DNA of 46,792 bases from Candidatus Nomurabacteria bacterium (GCA_016199805.1 JACQGC010000005.1:72019-118810); one strand, 5' to 3'. Numbered from the stretch's first letter, positions 16,649 through 25,699 are shown. Notes: generated by a model not told the origin, from the sequence alone. Program-made: numbers and translations.

Positions 16649-18856
16649 ATGGAACTACACGACAAATTGGAGACGAAATTTCGCCTGGACGAAAACCAGA
16701 AAAAAGCTCTGCGTAGGCTTAACCTTTTTTCGGTGGCCGATTTACTCTTTCATTTCCCTATACGATATAGCGATATAAGTGAGGTGAAGAAGATTTCAGA
16801 CCTGACTCCGGGAGACACAGCCACTGTCTATGGCAAAGTATCAAAATTAAAAATGAAAAAAGCCTTCCGGTCCGGAATCCCCATGGCCGAAGGCGAAGTA
16901 GCGGATTTGTCCGGGAAAATAAAAATTACTTGGTTCAACCAAGCCTACCTCGCCAAAATGCTTCACGACGGAGAAAGTGTAAAATTGACCGGCAAAGTTA
17001 CCCAAAGTAAAAATGGCATCTACCTAGCCAACCCTGAATTTGAAAAGATGATGGACATGCCCGTTGATATGCATGAGTCACTATTCAGACCCCCTCGCCT
17101 TTCAGGCACTCCCCCTTCGCAGGGGGAGAGGAAATACGAAGGATTTTCATACCCGGTATACGCAGAGACCAAAGGCATAACTTCCAAATGGTTTTACCAC
17201 GCTATAGAAAAAATATTCAAAGAAAAAACTTTGGACAACGTCGCGGATTATATCCCGTCGGATATTCTAAGTGCCTACCACTTGCCCACCCTCAAGACCG
17301 CGCTCGTCTGGATGCACAAGCCGAAAAACGGCAAGGATGCGGAGAGCGCCCGCAAAAGATTCGCTTTTGAAGAAGTTTTTTGCATTCAGCTGGAGCGCCA
17401 ACACGACAAATTGGAATATAGGAAAAATAAATCTTTCCAAATCAAGCCGAATGAAAACGATGTGCAAGATTTCCTGAAACGTTTTCCTTTTGAGCCGACT
17501 AATTCCCAGAAAAAATCTATCGGAACGATATTGGAAGACATGGCAAAAACTTTTCCGATGTCACGCTTACTTGAGGGCGATGTCGGCAGTGGTAAGACGG
17601 CCGTGGCCGCCACGGCTGCCTACGTGACAGTAGAAGAGAGACCCAAAGACAAAAATGGCAAGATGCAAAACTTTGGCAACTTGCAGGTTGGCTATATGGC
17701 CCCGACGGAAATATTGGCCACCCAACATTTTGAATCTTTCATCCAGTATTTCAAACACCTGCCGATAAACATAGGGCTCATCACTGGAAGCGGTTGCAGA
17801 AAATTTCCCTCAAAATTAAATCCGAGTGGATGGACTACAATTTCCCGCGCGCAGCTTTTGAAATGGACGGCAAACGGCGAGATACCTATTTTGATTGGCA
17901 CGCATGCGCTCATCCAAAAAAGTGTGAGATTTAAAAATTTGGGTTTAGTGGTAATCGACGAACAGCACCGCTTCGGCACCGCCCAGAGAAGCAAACTCGT
18001 GCGCAAAGATAACATTGCTCCGCACCTGCTTTCCATGACAGCCACTCCTATCCCCCGCACGCTTGCGCTCACTATCTATGGTGACCTGGATTTATCATTA
18101 CTAGATGAAATGCCGGCAGGGAGAAAACAAATAATTACCGAAATAATTACGCCAAATAAAAGACCAGAAACTTATGAAAAAATAAAATTGGAACTTGCTG
18201 CGGGTAGGCAGCTTTATGTCATCTGCCCGAGGATAAATGAACCAGACCCGGAAAAGGAAATGGCGCTTAACGTAAAGTCCGCAGTGGCTGAAGCTAAAAT
18301 ATTAAAACAAACAGTATTCAAAGAATATGAAATAGGCGTATTGCACAGCCAGATGAGTAAAGATAAAAAAGAAAAAGTAATGGCGGATTTCTCCGCAGGT
18401 AAAATCCATATTCTGTGCGCCACCTCCGTGGTGGAAGTCGGAGTAAACGTGCCAAACGCCACGGTCATTATCATAGAAGGCGCGGAGCGTTTCGGCCTCG
18501 CCCAGTTACATCAACTCCGTGGCCGGGTTATCCGCAGCACGCACCAAGCCTATTGCTATATCTTCGCGGAAGCCAAAAGCGCCAAGACTGTGGAGCGGTT
18601 AAAGGCTCTGAAAACAGCCAAAAATGGTTTTGAACTGGCCGAGCTGGATCTCACTCTCCGCGGCTCCGGAGGCCTCGGTGGCACCAAGCAGTGGGGTATC
18701 ACCGACATAGGTATGGAAGCCATCAAGAATATAAAAATGGTGGAAGCCGCCCGCACGGAAGCCGTGCGCTTGATACAACAAGACCCCGAACTGACAAAAT
18801 ACCCTCTCTTAAAACAAAAAGTTCACCAAAAAGCCGGCGAGTTTCATTTTGAGTAG
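16649..18856 (+). CDS. recG: ATP-dependent DNA helicase RecG
   Basis: LLEGDVGSGKT, MAPTEILATQH, DEQHRFG, MTATPIPRT, QLRGRV. Confidence 0.97.
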   Translation: MELHDKLETKFRLDENQKKALRRLNLFSVADLLFHFPIRYSDISEVKKISDLTPGDTATVYGKVSKLKMKKAFRSGIPMAEGEVADLSGKIKITWFNQAYLAKMLHDGESVKLTGKVTQSKNGIYLANPEFEKMMDMPVDMHESLFRPPRLSGTPPSQGERKYEGFSYPVYAETKGITSKWFYHAIEKIFKEKTLDNVADYIPSDILSAYHLPTLKTALVWMHKPKNGKDAESARKRFAFEEVFCIQLERQHDKLEYRKNKSFQIKPNENDVQDFLKRFPFEPTNSQKKSIGTILEDMAKTFPMSRLLEGDVGSGKTAVAATAAYVTVEERPKDKNGKMQNFGNLQVGYMAPTEILATQHFESFIQYFKHLPINIGLITGSGCRKFPSKLNPSGWTTISRAQLLKWTANGEIPILIGTHALIQKSVRFKNLGLVVIDEQHRFGTAQRSKLVRKDNIAPHLLSMTATPIPRTLALTIYGDLDLSLLDEMPAGRKQIITEIITPNKRPETYEKIKLELAAGRQLYVICPRINEPDPEKEMALNVKSAVAEAKILKQTVFKEYEIGVLHSQMSKDKKEKVMADFSAGKIHILCATSVVEVGVNVPNATVIIIEGAERFGLAQLHQLRGRVIRSTHQAYCYIFAEAKSAKTVERLKALKTAKNGFELAELDLTLRGSGGLGGTKQWGITDIGMEAIKNIKMVEAARTEAVRLIQQDPELTKYPLLKQKVHQKAGEFHFE
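17089..17131. repeat. REP-like palindrome inside recG
   Basis: acccctcgcctttcaggcactcccccttcgcagggggagagg closely matches the intergenic copy at 8555-8600; translated as PPRLSGTPPSQGER. Confidence 0.8.
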
Positions 18857-18878
18857 AGTAGTTTTTCATTTTTATTGG

Positions 18879-18915
18879 TATTATCACTTTTTGACAGCTG
18901 TAAAATATGATAATA
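18879..18915. promoter_or_regulatory. Imperfect palindrome overlapping the promoter of the PaaX-like gene (copy 1)
   Basis: TATTATCActttttgacagctgtaaaataTGATAATA. Confidence 0.6.
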
Positions 18916-18922
18916 TATAAAT

Positions 18923-19405
18923 ATGTCATACAACTCACCAAGTATTGGAGATTTATTAATGGCTACGATATGTAGCGGAAAAAGTACTCGTCGTTTTTAT
19001 GCCATAATTCGAGAGCGAGAATTTAAAAGATATAAAAAAGAAAGCGTGAATGTCACTCTTTCGCGATTAAATAAAAAAGGTTATTTGAAAAACACCAGTG
19101 GCGGGTGGTCGCCAACCACAAAAGGCATTTTGCGTAATAAAGAAATTAATCTATATTCTTACATCCCCTCTTTTTTTAACGAAAAATCTCCAGTAAACAC
19201 TATTGTTTCTTTTGATATTCCGGGACCAAAAAGAACAACGCGGGACTGGTTGCGAAACCAAATAAAAATATTTGGCTATAAAATGCTGCAACAAAGCCTG
19301 TGGTTAGGTCCTGGCCCATTACCTCCTATATTCTTGAAAAGACTCGAGGAATTAGAGATAAGAAAAAATATTAAAATCTTTTCTGTAAAGAAAAAAGAAG
19401 TTTAG
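18923..19405 (+). CDS. PaaX-like protein (winged helix plus Cas2-like ferredoxin domain)
   Basis: VTLSRLNKKGYL (wHTH); IVSFDIP..RDWLRNQIKIFGYKMLQQSLW. Confidence 0.8.
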   Translation: MSYNSPSIGDLLMATICSGKSTRRFYAIIREREFKRYKKESVNVTLSRLNKKGYLKNTSGGWSPTTKGILRNKEINLYSYIPSFFNEKSPVNTIVSFDIPGPKRTTRDWLRNQIKIFGYKMLQQSLWLGPGPLPPIFLKRLEELEIRKNIKIFSVKKKEV

Positions 19406-19409
19406 TTAT

Positions 19410-19446
19410 TATTATCACTTTTACACAGGTGTTGAAAATTGATAAG
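19410..19446. repeat. Second copy of the palindrome, downstream of the PaaX-like gene
   Basis: TATTATCACTTTTacacaggtgttgaaaatTGATAA; first 13 nt identical to copy 1. Confidence 0.65.
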
Positions 19447-19464
19447 ACGATATTTTACGGAAAA

Positions 19465-20022
19465 TCATTTGTAGTCCGGTTTTATTTCTTCCACACCTTC
19501 AATATGCCCGGAGATACGGGCAAGTGCATAAAGCAAGCTAGAGAGACGGTTTAGGTAGGTCATGGTCTCGGCGCTCACGGTAATTTTTCCTTCTTCTTTG
19601 ACAGCTACCACTCGCCTCTCGGCCCTCCGTGAGAGCGTCCTCGCGAAATCAAATGTCGCAGAAATAACAGTCGCTCCGGAAAGGAAAAAACTTTTAATCG
19701 GCGGAAGAACTTTTTCAATTTCATCCACGATTTTTTCTATACTTTTTATTTTATCCACACTGATAGTCATCGTCGCGCCAGCTACTTCCGCCTGCACGAT
19801 AAATAAATTTTGTTGCACTTCTAAAACCACGTCGGAGAATTTTGTTTCACCCAAGGCTGTTTTAAAACTCATTCCCGCAGTTTTGGCGCGGGCCAGCCCC
19901 AGAAACGAATTTGTTTCATCTAGTGAACCGAGGGCTTCGGCCACAGAGGAACTTTTAGAAATGCGCTGGTCGCACCCAAAAGTCTTCGTTGTGCCATTGT
20001 CCCCTTTTCTGGTATAGAGCAT
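19465..20022 (-). CDS. pduO: ATP:cob(I)alamin adenosyltransferase, PduO type
   Basis: LYTRKGDNGTT, GSLDETNS, ARTLSRRAERR, YLNRLSSLLYALAR. Confidence 0.93.
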   Translation of the reverse strand: MLYTRKGDNGTTKTFGCDQRISKSSSVAEALGSLDETNSFLGLARAKTAGMSFKTALGETKFSDVVLEVQQNLFIVQAEVAGATMTISVDKIKSIEKIVDEIEKVLPPIKSFFLSGATVISATFDFARTLSRRAERRVVAVKEEGKITVSAETMTYLNRLSSLLYALARISGHIEGVEEIKPDYK

Positions 20023-20028
20023 ATTTTT

Positions 20029-20060
20029 TTATAAACTTTATAACTTTACACTTTATAACT
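20029..20060. repeat. AAAGTTAT-type array; exact reverse complement of 29209-29240
   Basis: ttataaactttataactttacactttataact. Confidence 0.85.
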
Positions 20061-20063
20061 AAG

Positions 20064-22358
20064 TTATATTTCACAAACACCGGCAACACAAGCAAATTCT
20101 TTGGCCCCAGTCGTATTGTCTACGATTTCATATTGAGAAAGTTTAGAGAAATCAATTTTACCGATGGCTTTTGTGCGTCTTTCGTATTCTTCTTTGGTGA
20201 TTGTCTCGTAGGGGGCGAGTTTATAGACATGGTCTGACCTAGGTAAGAAAGAAAGTCCACCAACCCAGTCCCAATTTTCATAAACAAAGTTTCCAACAGC
20301 TAGCCACTCATTGGGACCGACGTAAATTGTCGCTGATGGATTGTGTTCTACGAAGTGTTCTTTTAATCTCTTCCATTCCTTGAGCAGGTCCAGGGCTGAA
20401 ACTTCATCCTTGAAGATAGCTCCTGCCGGGGCTTTGACCGGGAATTCCAAGACAAAAGTTGTGGCCGTCTCGGCAGACTGTCCAACCTCCGGCAAACAAG
20501 GAACTCCTTGATCTCTGGCCATTTGTAGAAGTGTGTCGGTGTGAGAAATACGAACTCGGCGCACAAAGTATGGAGCGTACCAAGGATGCATGCCGGAACC
20601 CACACCGAGGAGCTGTCCGGAATTTCCATGAGGCTTCACGCAAGTGATAGCTGTCGAAGCATTGACGCCGAAACGCTTAGCATATTTTTTATTTACTTCA
20701 ATTCCTTCCAGTCTTAGAGTGTCCAAAACTTTATCATTTCTGATAATTGGATTATCATAGTAACCTGTCAAAGAAACACCAAGCAATCTTTCCTCTTCAC
20801 AGTTTTCTTTCCATTTTTTTGAAAGATAACCGAAGTTGGTTAAGGTGGATTGATAAGTTCCGACAAGTGTCGCCAATTCCATTTTTCTTTTTAGCATCGC
20901 GACGGTATCGTTCGGACGAATTACAATACTGGTTAAATTACAAAATTGTTTAGAGCGTAAATAAATTTCTCCACAAGGATTCATTCCTATCTGCCTCTCA
21001 TCTTTGATGGCAGCCCATCTGCGAGCCGGAAGTTGTTTCTCTAATCCTGCGCGATTAAAAATTCCTCGCTCACCGGAACGAGATTTTACCAAAGCCGTCC
21101 ATTCATCTAAAAATTCTTCCGCTGATGGTTTAGAATTATATACTGCGGAATTGTTGGCCATGGCTCTTTGCCCCTCCGTCAGATAAAATTGCCCTTTCTT
21201 TGAATCACGCATCTCTGTGTCTTCAAGTTCAGAAAGAGAAATGAGGGCGCTGCGTCGCACTCCTCCGGCCACAACAATCAAACCAATCTGACAAATTACA
21301 TCGTGTAAGTCCAAGTTTGAAAGACGGCGACCTTGTTTAGATAAAATTTTACGTTTAGCAAACTCCATAAGATCAATCAAGGGCTGAGGACCTGATGCTT
21401 TTCCCCCGGCCGTTTCTAGTCGCGCTCCGGCTGGGCGAATCGCTGAATAATCAAACTTTATGTCTTTCCCTCCAAACCATGCATCCAAGCCCATAACAAA
21501 AGCATCTGCCCAACCTTCTTTGCTATCTACGACAACATGTGTAGGTATTGCTACTTTAGTTTGTTTTTTAATTTGTGGAAATTGCTGAACGTTTTCCCAC
21601 TCCACGGCAAAACCAAGTCCGGCTCCGCACATTGAAATGTACATGATTTCTCCCAAGTCTTGCGTACAAGTAGGAGCAACATAGGAACAATTATAGGCCC
21701 AAACATTTGATTGTCGGCAAGCTTTACCTGAAGACCATAAAAGACGCATAGAAGGACAAATATCTTGTTTTAGAATAGCTTCCCTGACTTCCTCATATTC
21801 TTTGGTGGTTAGCTTGTTCCCCATGTTTTCCTTCATGTAATCCATAAAGCGGCCAATCGCTTCTATCCATGTCTCACGACGACCTAATTCTGGAACCCAC
21901 CTAGCATAAAATTGATAGAAAATATATTCCGAATAAGCGCTACCAAAATATTTACTGGACTCCTCCACAGCTTTCTTGACTGCCTCTGGCACCGGACCAA
22001 AAGCTTTGCGGAGTTCTGAACGTTTGTTTCGGTAGAGAATATATTTCTTGGCCGTGTCGGTGAAATTATTTTTCATCAATTCCTTTTCCACCAGGTCTTG
22101 AATGAGCTCCACTGTTGGCAAAAATTTCGCTCCTTTGTTTTCCTTAAGTAATTTTGTTTGAATTTCAAGTAAACTTCTGAAGACGATAGCGGCTACTGCC
22201 TCCGCATCTGATTCTTTCCCTTCTCCGCTAACTTCAAAAGCTTTCAGCACCGCCTGCGCGACTCTCTTTAAATCAAAATGCACAACCTCACCGGTTCGTC
22301 TACGGATTGATTTTATTTTTTTTAATTCGCTTTTTAAAATTTTGGCTGTTTTTTTCAT
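20064..22358 (-). CDS. nrdJ: Class II (AdoCbl-dependent) ribonucleotide reductase with N-terminal ATP cone
   Basis: ATP cone (VELIQDLVEKELM..AKKYILYR), YNCS, VRRSA, NPCGEI, FCNLT, TCVKP, C-terminal CVAGVC. Confidence 0.92.
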   Translation of the reverse strand: MKKTAKILKSELKKIKSIRRRTGEVVHFDLKRVAQAVLKAFEVSGEGKESDAEAVAAIVFRSLLEIQTKLLKENKGAKFLPTVELIQDLVEKELMKNNFTDTAKKYILYRNKRSELRKAFGPVPEAVKKAVEESSKYFGSAYSEYIFYQFYARWVPELGRRETWIEAIGRFMDYMKENMGNKLTTKEYEEVREAILKQDICPSMRLLWSSGKACRQSNVWAYNCSYVAPTCTQDLGEIMYISMCGAGLGFAVEWENVQQFPQIKKQTKVAIPTHVVVDSKEGWADAFVMGLDAWFGGKDIKFDYSAIRPAGARLETAGGKASGPQPLIDLMEFAKRKILSKQGRRLSNLDLHDVICQIGLIVVAGGVRRSALISLSELEDTEMRDSKKGQFYLTEGQRAMANNSAVYNSKPSAEEFLDEWTALVKSRSGERGIFNRAGLEKQLPARRWAAIKDERQIGMNPCGEIYLRSKQFCNLTSIVIRPNDTVAMLKRKMELATLVGTYQSTLTNFGYLSKKWKENCEEERLLGVSLTGYYDNPIIRNDKVLDTLRLEGIEVNKKYAKRFGVNASTAITCVKPHGNSGQLLGVGSGMHPWYAPYFVRRVRISHTDTLLQMARDQGVPCLPEVGQSAETATTFVLEFPVKAPAGAIFKDEVSALDLLKEWKRLKEHFVEHNPSATIYVGPNEWLAVGNFVYENWDWVGGLSFLPRSDHVYKLAPYETITKEEYERRTKAIGKIDFSKLSQYEIVDNTTGAKEFACVAGVCEI

Positions 22359-22362
22359 AAAT

Positions 22363-22908
22363 TTAAATTATTTTTGGATTAAGGGTGTTAATGGTTGAGA
22401 CAGATTCTTTTTTCCTTTTCCGAATTAAAAAATGATAAATCCCCGGGGACAAGCAAGCGGCCAGAGTGACATTGCCTAGCAAGTGCAGCGCCGTGAATGG
22501 AATTTGCCCGACCAAGGATCCGACAAACGACTGATGGAAGAAAATAGGGCCGACGGTGAGCCCCGTAACTGCGTCAAAAAAAAGTGTTCCGTAAACCGCA
22601 AAGAGCATATAATCGGTAATTTTACCCTTTCGTTTCTTAAAATAGAGTGAAGAATAAAGACCGATGAGGCCATAAGCTGTCGCCGTAAAAATTGTCTGCA
22701 TACCTATAGTATGTGTGGCAAAATCGTAAATTAAAATACTTAAAACGGCAAAAGAGAAACCGAAAAATGCGCCGTACGCCCGGCCTATTGGCATAGTTCC
22801 GGCCATTATCGGCTCGATGTTTGGCGCGCGAAAAGGAATCAGCCGAACAAGCAGGCACAAAACCAGAGTCGCGAAAAATTTGAAGTAGTTTTTTCCAGTG
22901 GTTTGCAT
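22363..22908 (-). CDS. ECF-type S component, probable cobalamin uptake (BtuM/CbrT-like)
   Basis: About 6 TM segments, RLIP..PNIEPI, IPFTALHLLGN; directly upstream of nrdJ-pduO. Confidence 0.65.
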   Translation of the reverse strand: MQTTGKNYFKFFATLVLCLLVRLIPFRAPNIEPIMAGTMPIGRAYGAFFGFSFAVLSILIYDFATHTIGMQTIFTATAYGLIGLYSSLYFKKRKGKITDYMLFAVYGTLFFDAVTGLTVGPIFFHQSFVGSLVGQIPFTALHLLGNVTLAACLSPGIYHFLIRKRKKESVSTINTLNPKII

Positions 22909-23159
22909 GTGAGGTCTATTATACACGAAGACGCTCCCCCGGTGTAAAGATATCGGCTTGAATTTTTCACAAATTCAGCAGAACAAAACACAGATAAAAA
23001 TAAAACAAGGCGTGTTTTAGGCCTGTCACTTTTTGCTGTTTAAAATAGGTCTTTTTTCGTGGGAATTTTTCCAAAATTTTCCGTTTTTAAAAAACCGCAG
23101 GCCTTGACGGTGCATAAAATGTCATTTGTAATGCAAAAAGAGTAGATTTTAAGAAAAAA

Positions 23160-23756
23160 TTATTTTGGAAACAATTTTTTCTTGTTTTTAATAAGTTCCT
23201 TTTTAAGTTCCTGCCAATACTCATCAAAATATGATGAGGAAGAAAGAATTTTATTCTTGTAATTAAGTTGTTTTAATAAAGAAACTTTTTTCTTGTGCCA
23301 CATCTTGCCGTCTTCTAGATATATCTGAATGGGAGGCAGTAATTTATCCAAAATATAAATAAATTTACTCTCTTCGTCTTCTCTTTTTTCGTAATTTTGG
23401 ATTATTTTGATTAAATTTTTGAATTTTGAGAATCTTTTTTTGATTTTAACCAGAGCTTCTTTCTCTCTTTGGTGTTTTGAAACCTTTTTCTTTTTATCAA
23501 AAATAAATGTGTCTTCGGCGTAGATTTCCACCAAGTCGTGCGCGAGCGCGTACATCAGGCAAAGTTCTTTGTTTAATTTTAAGTTATCTTGCTCAATCAA
23601 AAACCAGGCGACCATCGCTACCTGGTAGCTGTGTTCATTGCTGGTCTCTACTTTTTTCCCAAGCTTGGAGCCCTCGTACCTCACCACCTCGCGAAATTCT
23701 TCGGTAAACTTTACGAAGTCGAGAAGCTGCGCGAATTTTTTAGAAAACTTTTTCAT
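23160..23756 (-). CDS. HD-domain phosphohydrolase (YfbR-like)
   Basis: EHSYQVA, LAHDLVEIYAED, LDKL. Confidence 0.85.
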   Translation of the reverse strand: MKKFSKKFAQLLDFVKFTEEFREVVRYEGSKLGKKVETSNEHSYQVAMVAWFLIEQDNLKLNKELCLMYALAHDLVEIYAEDTFIFDKKKKVSKHQREKEALVKIKKRFSKFKNLIKIIQNYEKREDEESKFIYILDKLLPPIQIYLEDGKMWHKKKVSLLKQLNYKNKILSSSSYFDEYWQELKKELIKNKKKLFPK

Positions 23757-23777
23757 GTATTTATAGGTTTGTGTAAT

Positions 23778-24155
23778 TTATATTTTTAACAATTTTGATA
23801 TTTCTTCTATAGAAAGCCCAGAATAAAAAGTAACTTCACTACCATATTTATTAAAGACATCTTCTAATTTATGTTTCGTGACAGGACCTTCTGTGCCAAA
23901 TTTTGAAATAACCATATTATTTTCTAACCAAATTCCAACATGATTTAAATCTTTCCCTTTTCTGTAAAAAATATAGTCTCCTAATTTTGGTTTCTCGGTT
24001 AGTTTAAGATTACCATATTTAACCCAAAAAATAAATTTATCAGATTCTAATCTTATTTTGGGAGGTTTACCGTTAAAACATAAAAAATCGAGGTTATTAT
24101 CTAAACCAAAAGCATACACAAAACAATTAAATTTTATTGTTGAGTTTGTTTCCAT
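23778..24155 (-). CDS. Hypothetical protein with possible papain-like Cys-His dyad
   Basis: NCFVYAFG ... NHVGI ... SKFG; AT-rich. Confidence 0.55.
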   Translation of the reverse strand: METNSTIKFNCFVYAFGLDNNLDFLCFNGKPPKIRLESDKFIFWVKYGNLKLTEKPKLGDYIFYRKGKDLNHVGIWLENNMVISKFGTEGPVTKHKLEDVFNKYGSEVTFYSGLSIEEISKLLKI

Positions 24156-24903
24156 TGTTAGAATTTGATTCTAAAAGTTTTTTTTGGACTTTGGAACCAA
24201 ATGTTGGAGTTTTATAGTGACAAGGAAGACATAAGGTTCTTCCATTGTTTATATCCCACAATTCATTACATTTTATCGCATCCTCGTAACTTTCAATTTT
24301 ATTTCTGTAGATCAATAGTATAAAAGGCTCAATATGATCCGCACATAATTTTCCGCCACGAACTTTACAAATTTGACAGATAAAATTATCCCGTTTAAAA
24401 ATTCTTTCTCTCCACATACTATATTTAGAACACCTGCGTAGTAGATTCTTAAACTTAGATACGATGTTGGAGAGGTATTGTAAGTCTTTATTAATATTAC
24501 TGCGGATTATTTCGCTTTGATTCATTCTAAATTCTTCTGTTTTAAAGTAGAGTTTATGGCAATTAAGTGAGCAAGTCTTTGAGCCAGCACGATATTGATC
24601 TACTAGAAAATCTTTACTACAAATAAGACAGATTTTCTTAATTTGTCCGCCTTTCCATTTATTATTTTTCTCACCAGTATTAGCTTTTGAAAAACAATCT
24701 TTAGAGCAGTAAATTTTTCCAATTCTTTTAACTGGATTTGTTTTACAATAAGCACATATTTTTATTTCCATCCTCCTTGTGTCATCAAAACATTTCTTGG
24801 AGCAAAATTTATGTCTAGTTTCCCAATTCTTTTCGGATTCATTCTGTGGTTTCTGAAAAAAGGTTTTGCAGTATAAGCATAATTTTTCAGGTGGATGCTT
24901 CAT
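24127..24903 (-). CDS. HNH endonuclease with repeated CxxC/CSxxC zinc-binding modules
   Basis: Three CxxC...CSxxC repeats; FKRDNFICQIC, ADHI, NGRTLCLPCH; start ATG 24903 because the ORF-track extension is tRNA sequence. Confidence 0.88.
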   Translation of the reverse strand: MKHPPEKLCLYCKTFFQKPQNESEKNWETRHKFCSKKCFDDTRRMEIKICAYCKTNPVKRIGKIYCSKDCFSKANTGEKNNKWKGGQIKKICLICSKDFLVDQYRAGSKTCSLNCHKLYFKTEEFRMNQSEIIRSNINKDLQYLSNIVSKFKNLLRRCSKYSMWRERIFKRDNFICQICKVRGGKLCADHIEPFILLIYRNKIESYEDAIKCNELWDINNGRTLCLPCHYKTPTFGSKVQKKLLESNSNNGNKLNNKI

Positions 24904-24911
24904 ATTTTTTG

Positions 24912-24984
24912 TCCGCCCTCCACGACTCGAACGTGGGACCGATCCGGTATAAGCGGATTGCTCTACCAACTGAGCTAAGGGCGG
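24912..24984 (-). tRNA. tRNA-Ile with TAT (UAU) anticodon
   Basis: CCGCCCT/AGGGCGG acceptor, A73, GCTC D stem, ATCCG-CTTATAC-CGGAT anticodon arm, CCACG-TTCGAGT-CGTGG. Confidence 0.93.
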
Positions 24985-25036
24985 ATATGCCAACACAACA
25001 ACTATAACAAAATAAGGCCGAAATGCAATTTAAGAT

Positions 25037-25699
25037 TTATTTGATTAAATTATCTTGAATATATCTCAGACCCATTATAACCTTTTCATGTAATCTAGCC
25101 CCACCTACTAAAACCGAACATGTTCCCTGCCCAAAGCCATTGTGATATGTAATTGAAGAAAATTTTGTATCTTTTATATACGATTTCCTAAATTGCGAAA
25201 GTGGAATGGACAATTCTTCAGACCAATATTTTTCTTGCTTCTTTATGTTCATATCGGAATAAAGATGTAAACTCACCTTCATCTGATTTCTTTTTATGCC
25301 CAACAAGTCTAGCCATTTTATATAGAACTTTAACATACTTGGATTAGTATTCGTAAGACCTATGGCAGCATTTGTCGTTTTACTGCCCTCACCCCAGTAT
25401 AAGAAAAGCCCCGCTAAAAATAATTCACGCGAAGAAAGTTTTTTTATTTTCTGCGACATTTCATGATATGCACTAGCAAATTTCTTTTCTCTCTTCGCTC
25501 TCATGGTATTTCTATATCTCTCAATCCGAATAGGGTTATCAGCTTGAAGTTCTCTAATTCTTTTTTCAGAAAGTGGCATATTATAAAGCCACCCGCTCAA
25601 TGTGCTTTTATTAATTCCGAGCTTTTCTTTTATTTGGCTGTAGCTCATGCCTTTTTTGCGCATGGCTATGGCCTTTTGTTTATCCTTTTTTCTTGCCAT
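25037..25699 (-). CDS. HTH plus single LAGLIDADG-like motif protein
   Basis: GMSYSQIKEKLGINKSTLSGW (HTH); LAGLFLYWGEG; TNTNPSML; start MARKK. Confidence 0.7.
   Translation of the reverse strand: MARKKDKQKAIAMRKKGMSYSQIKEKLGINKSTLSGWLYNMPLSEKRIRELQADNPIRIERYRNTMRAKREKKFASAYHEMSQKIKKLSSRELFLAGLFLYWGEGSKTTNAAIGLTNTNPSMLKFYIKWLDLLGIKRNQMKVSLHLYSDMNIKKQEKYWSEELSIPLSQFRKSYIKDTKFSSITYHNGFGQGTCSVLVGGARLHEKVIMGLRYIQDNLIK

Noticed and set aside
18879-19446. CRISPR array or cas locus suggested by the Cas2-like domain and ~37-bp repeats
   Set aside because: Only two divergent repeats separated by a whole gene; no spacers, cas1 or other cas genes
22927-23159. Cobalamin riboswitch or NrdR boxes upstream of the B12/nrdJ operon
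   Set aside because: No B12-box or conserved riboswitch core and no convincing NrdR palindrome seen; a -10-like TATAAT lies just upstream of the ATG, leaving no room for a leader
24904-24996. N-terminal 31 aa of the 289-aa HNH ORF
   Set aside because: This is translated tRNA-Ile sequence; ATG 24903 is the plausible start
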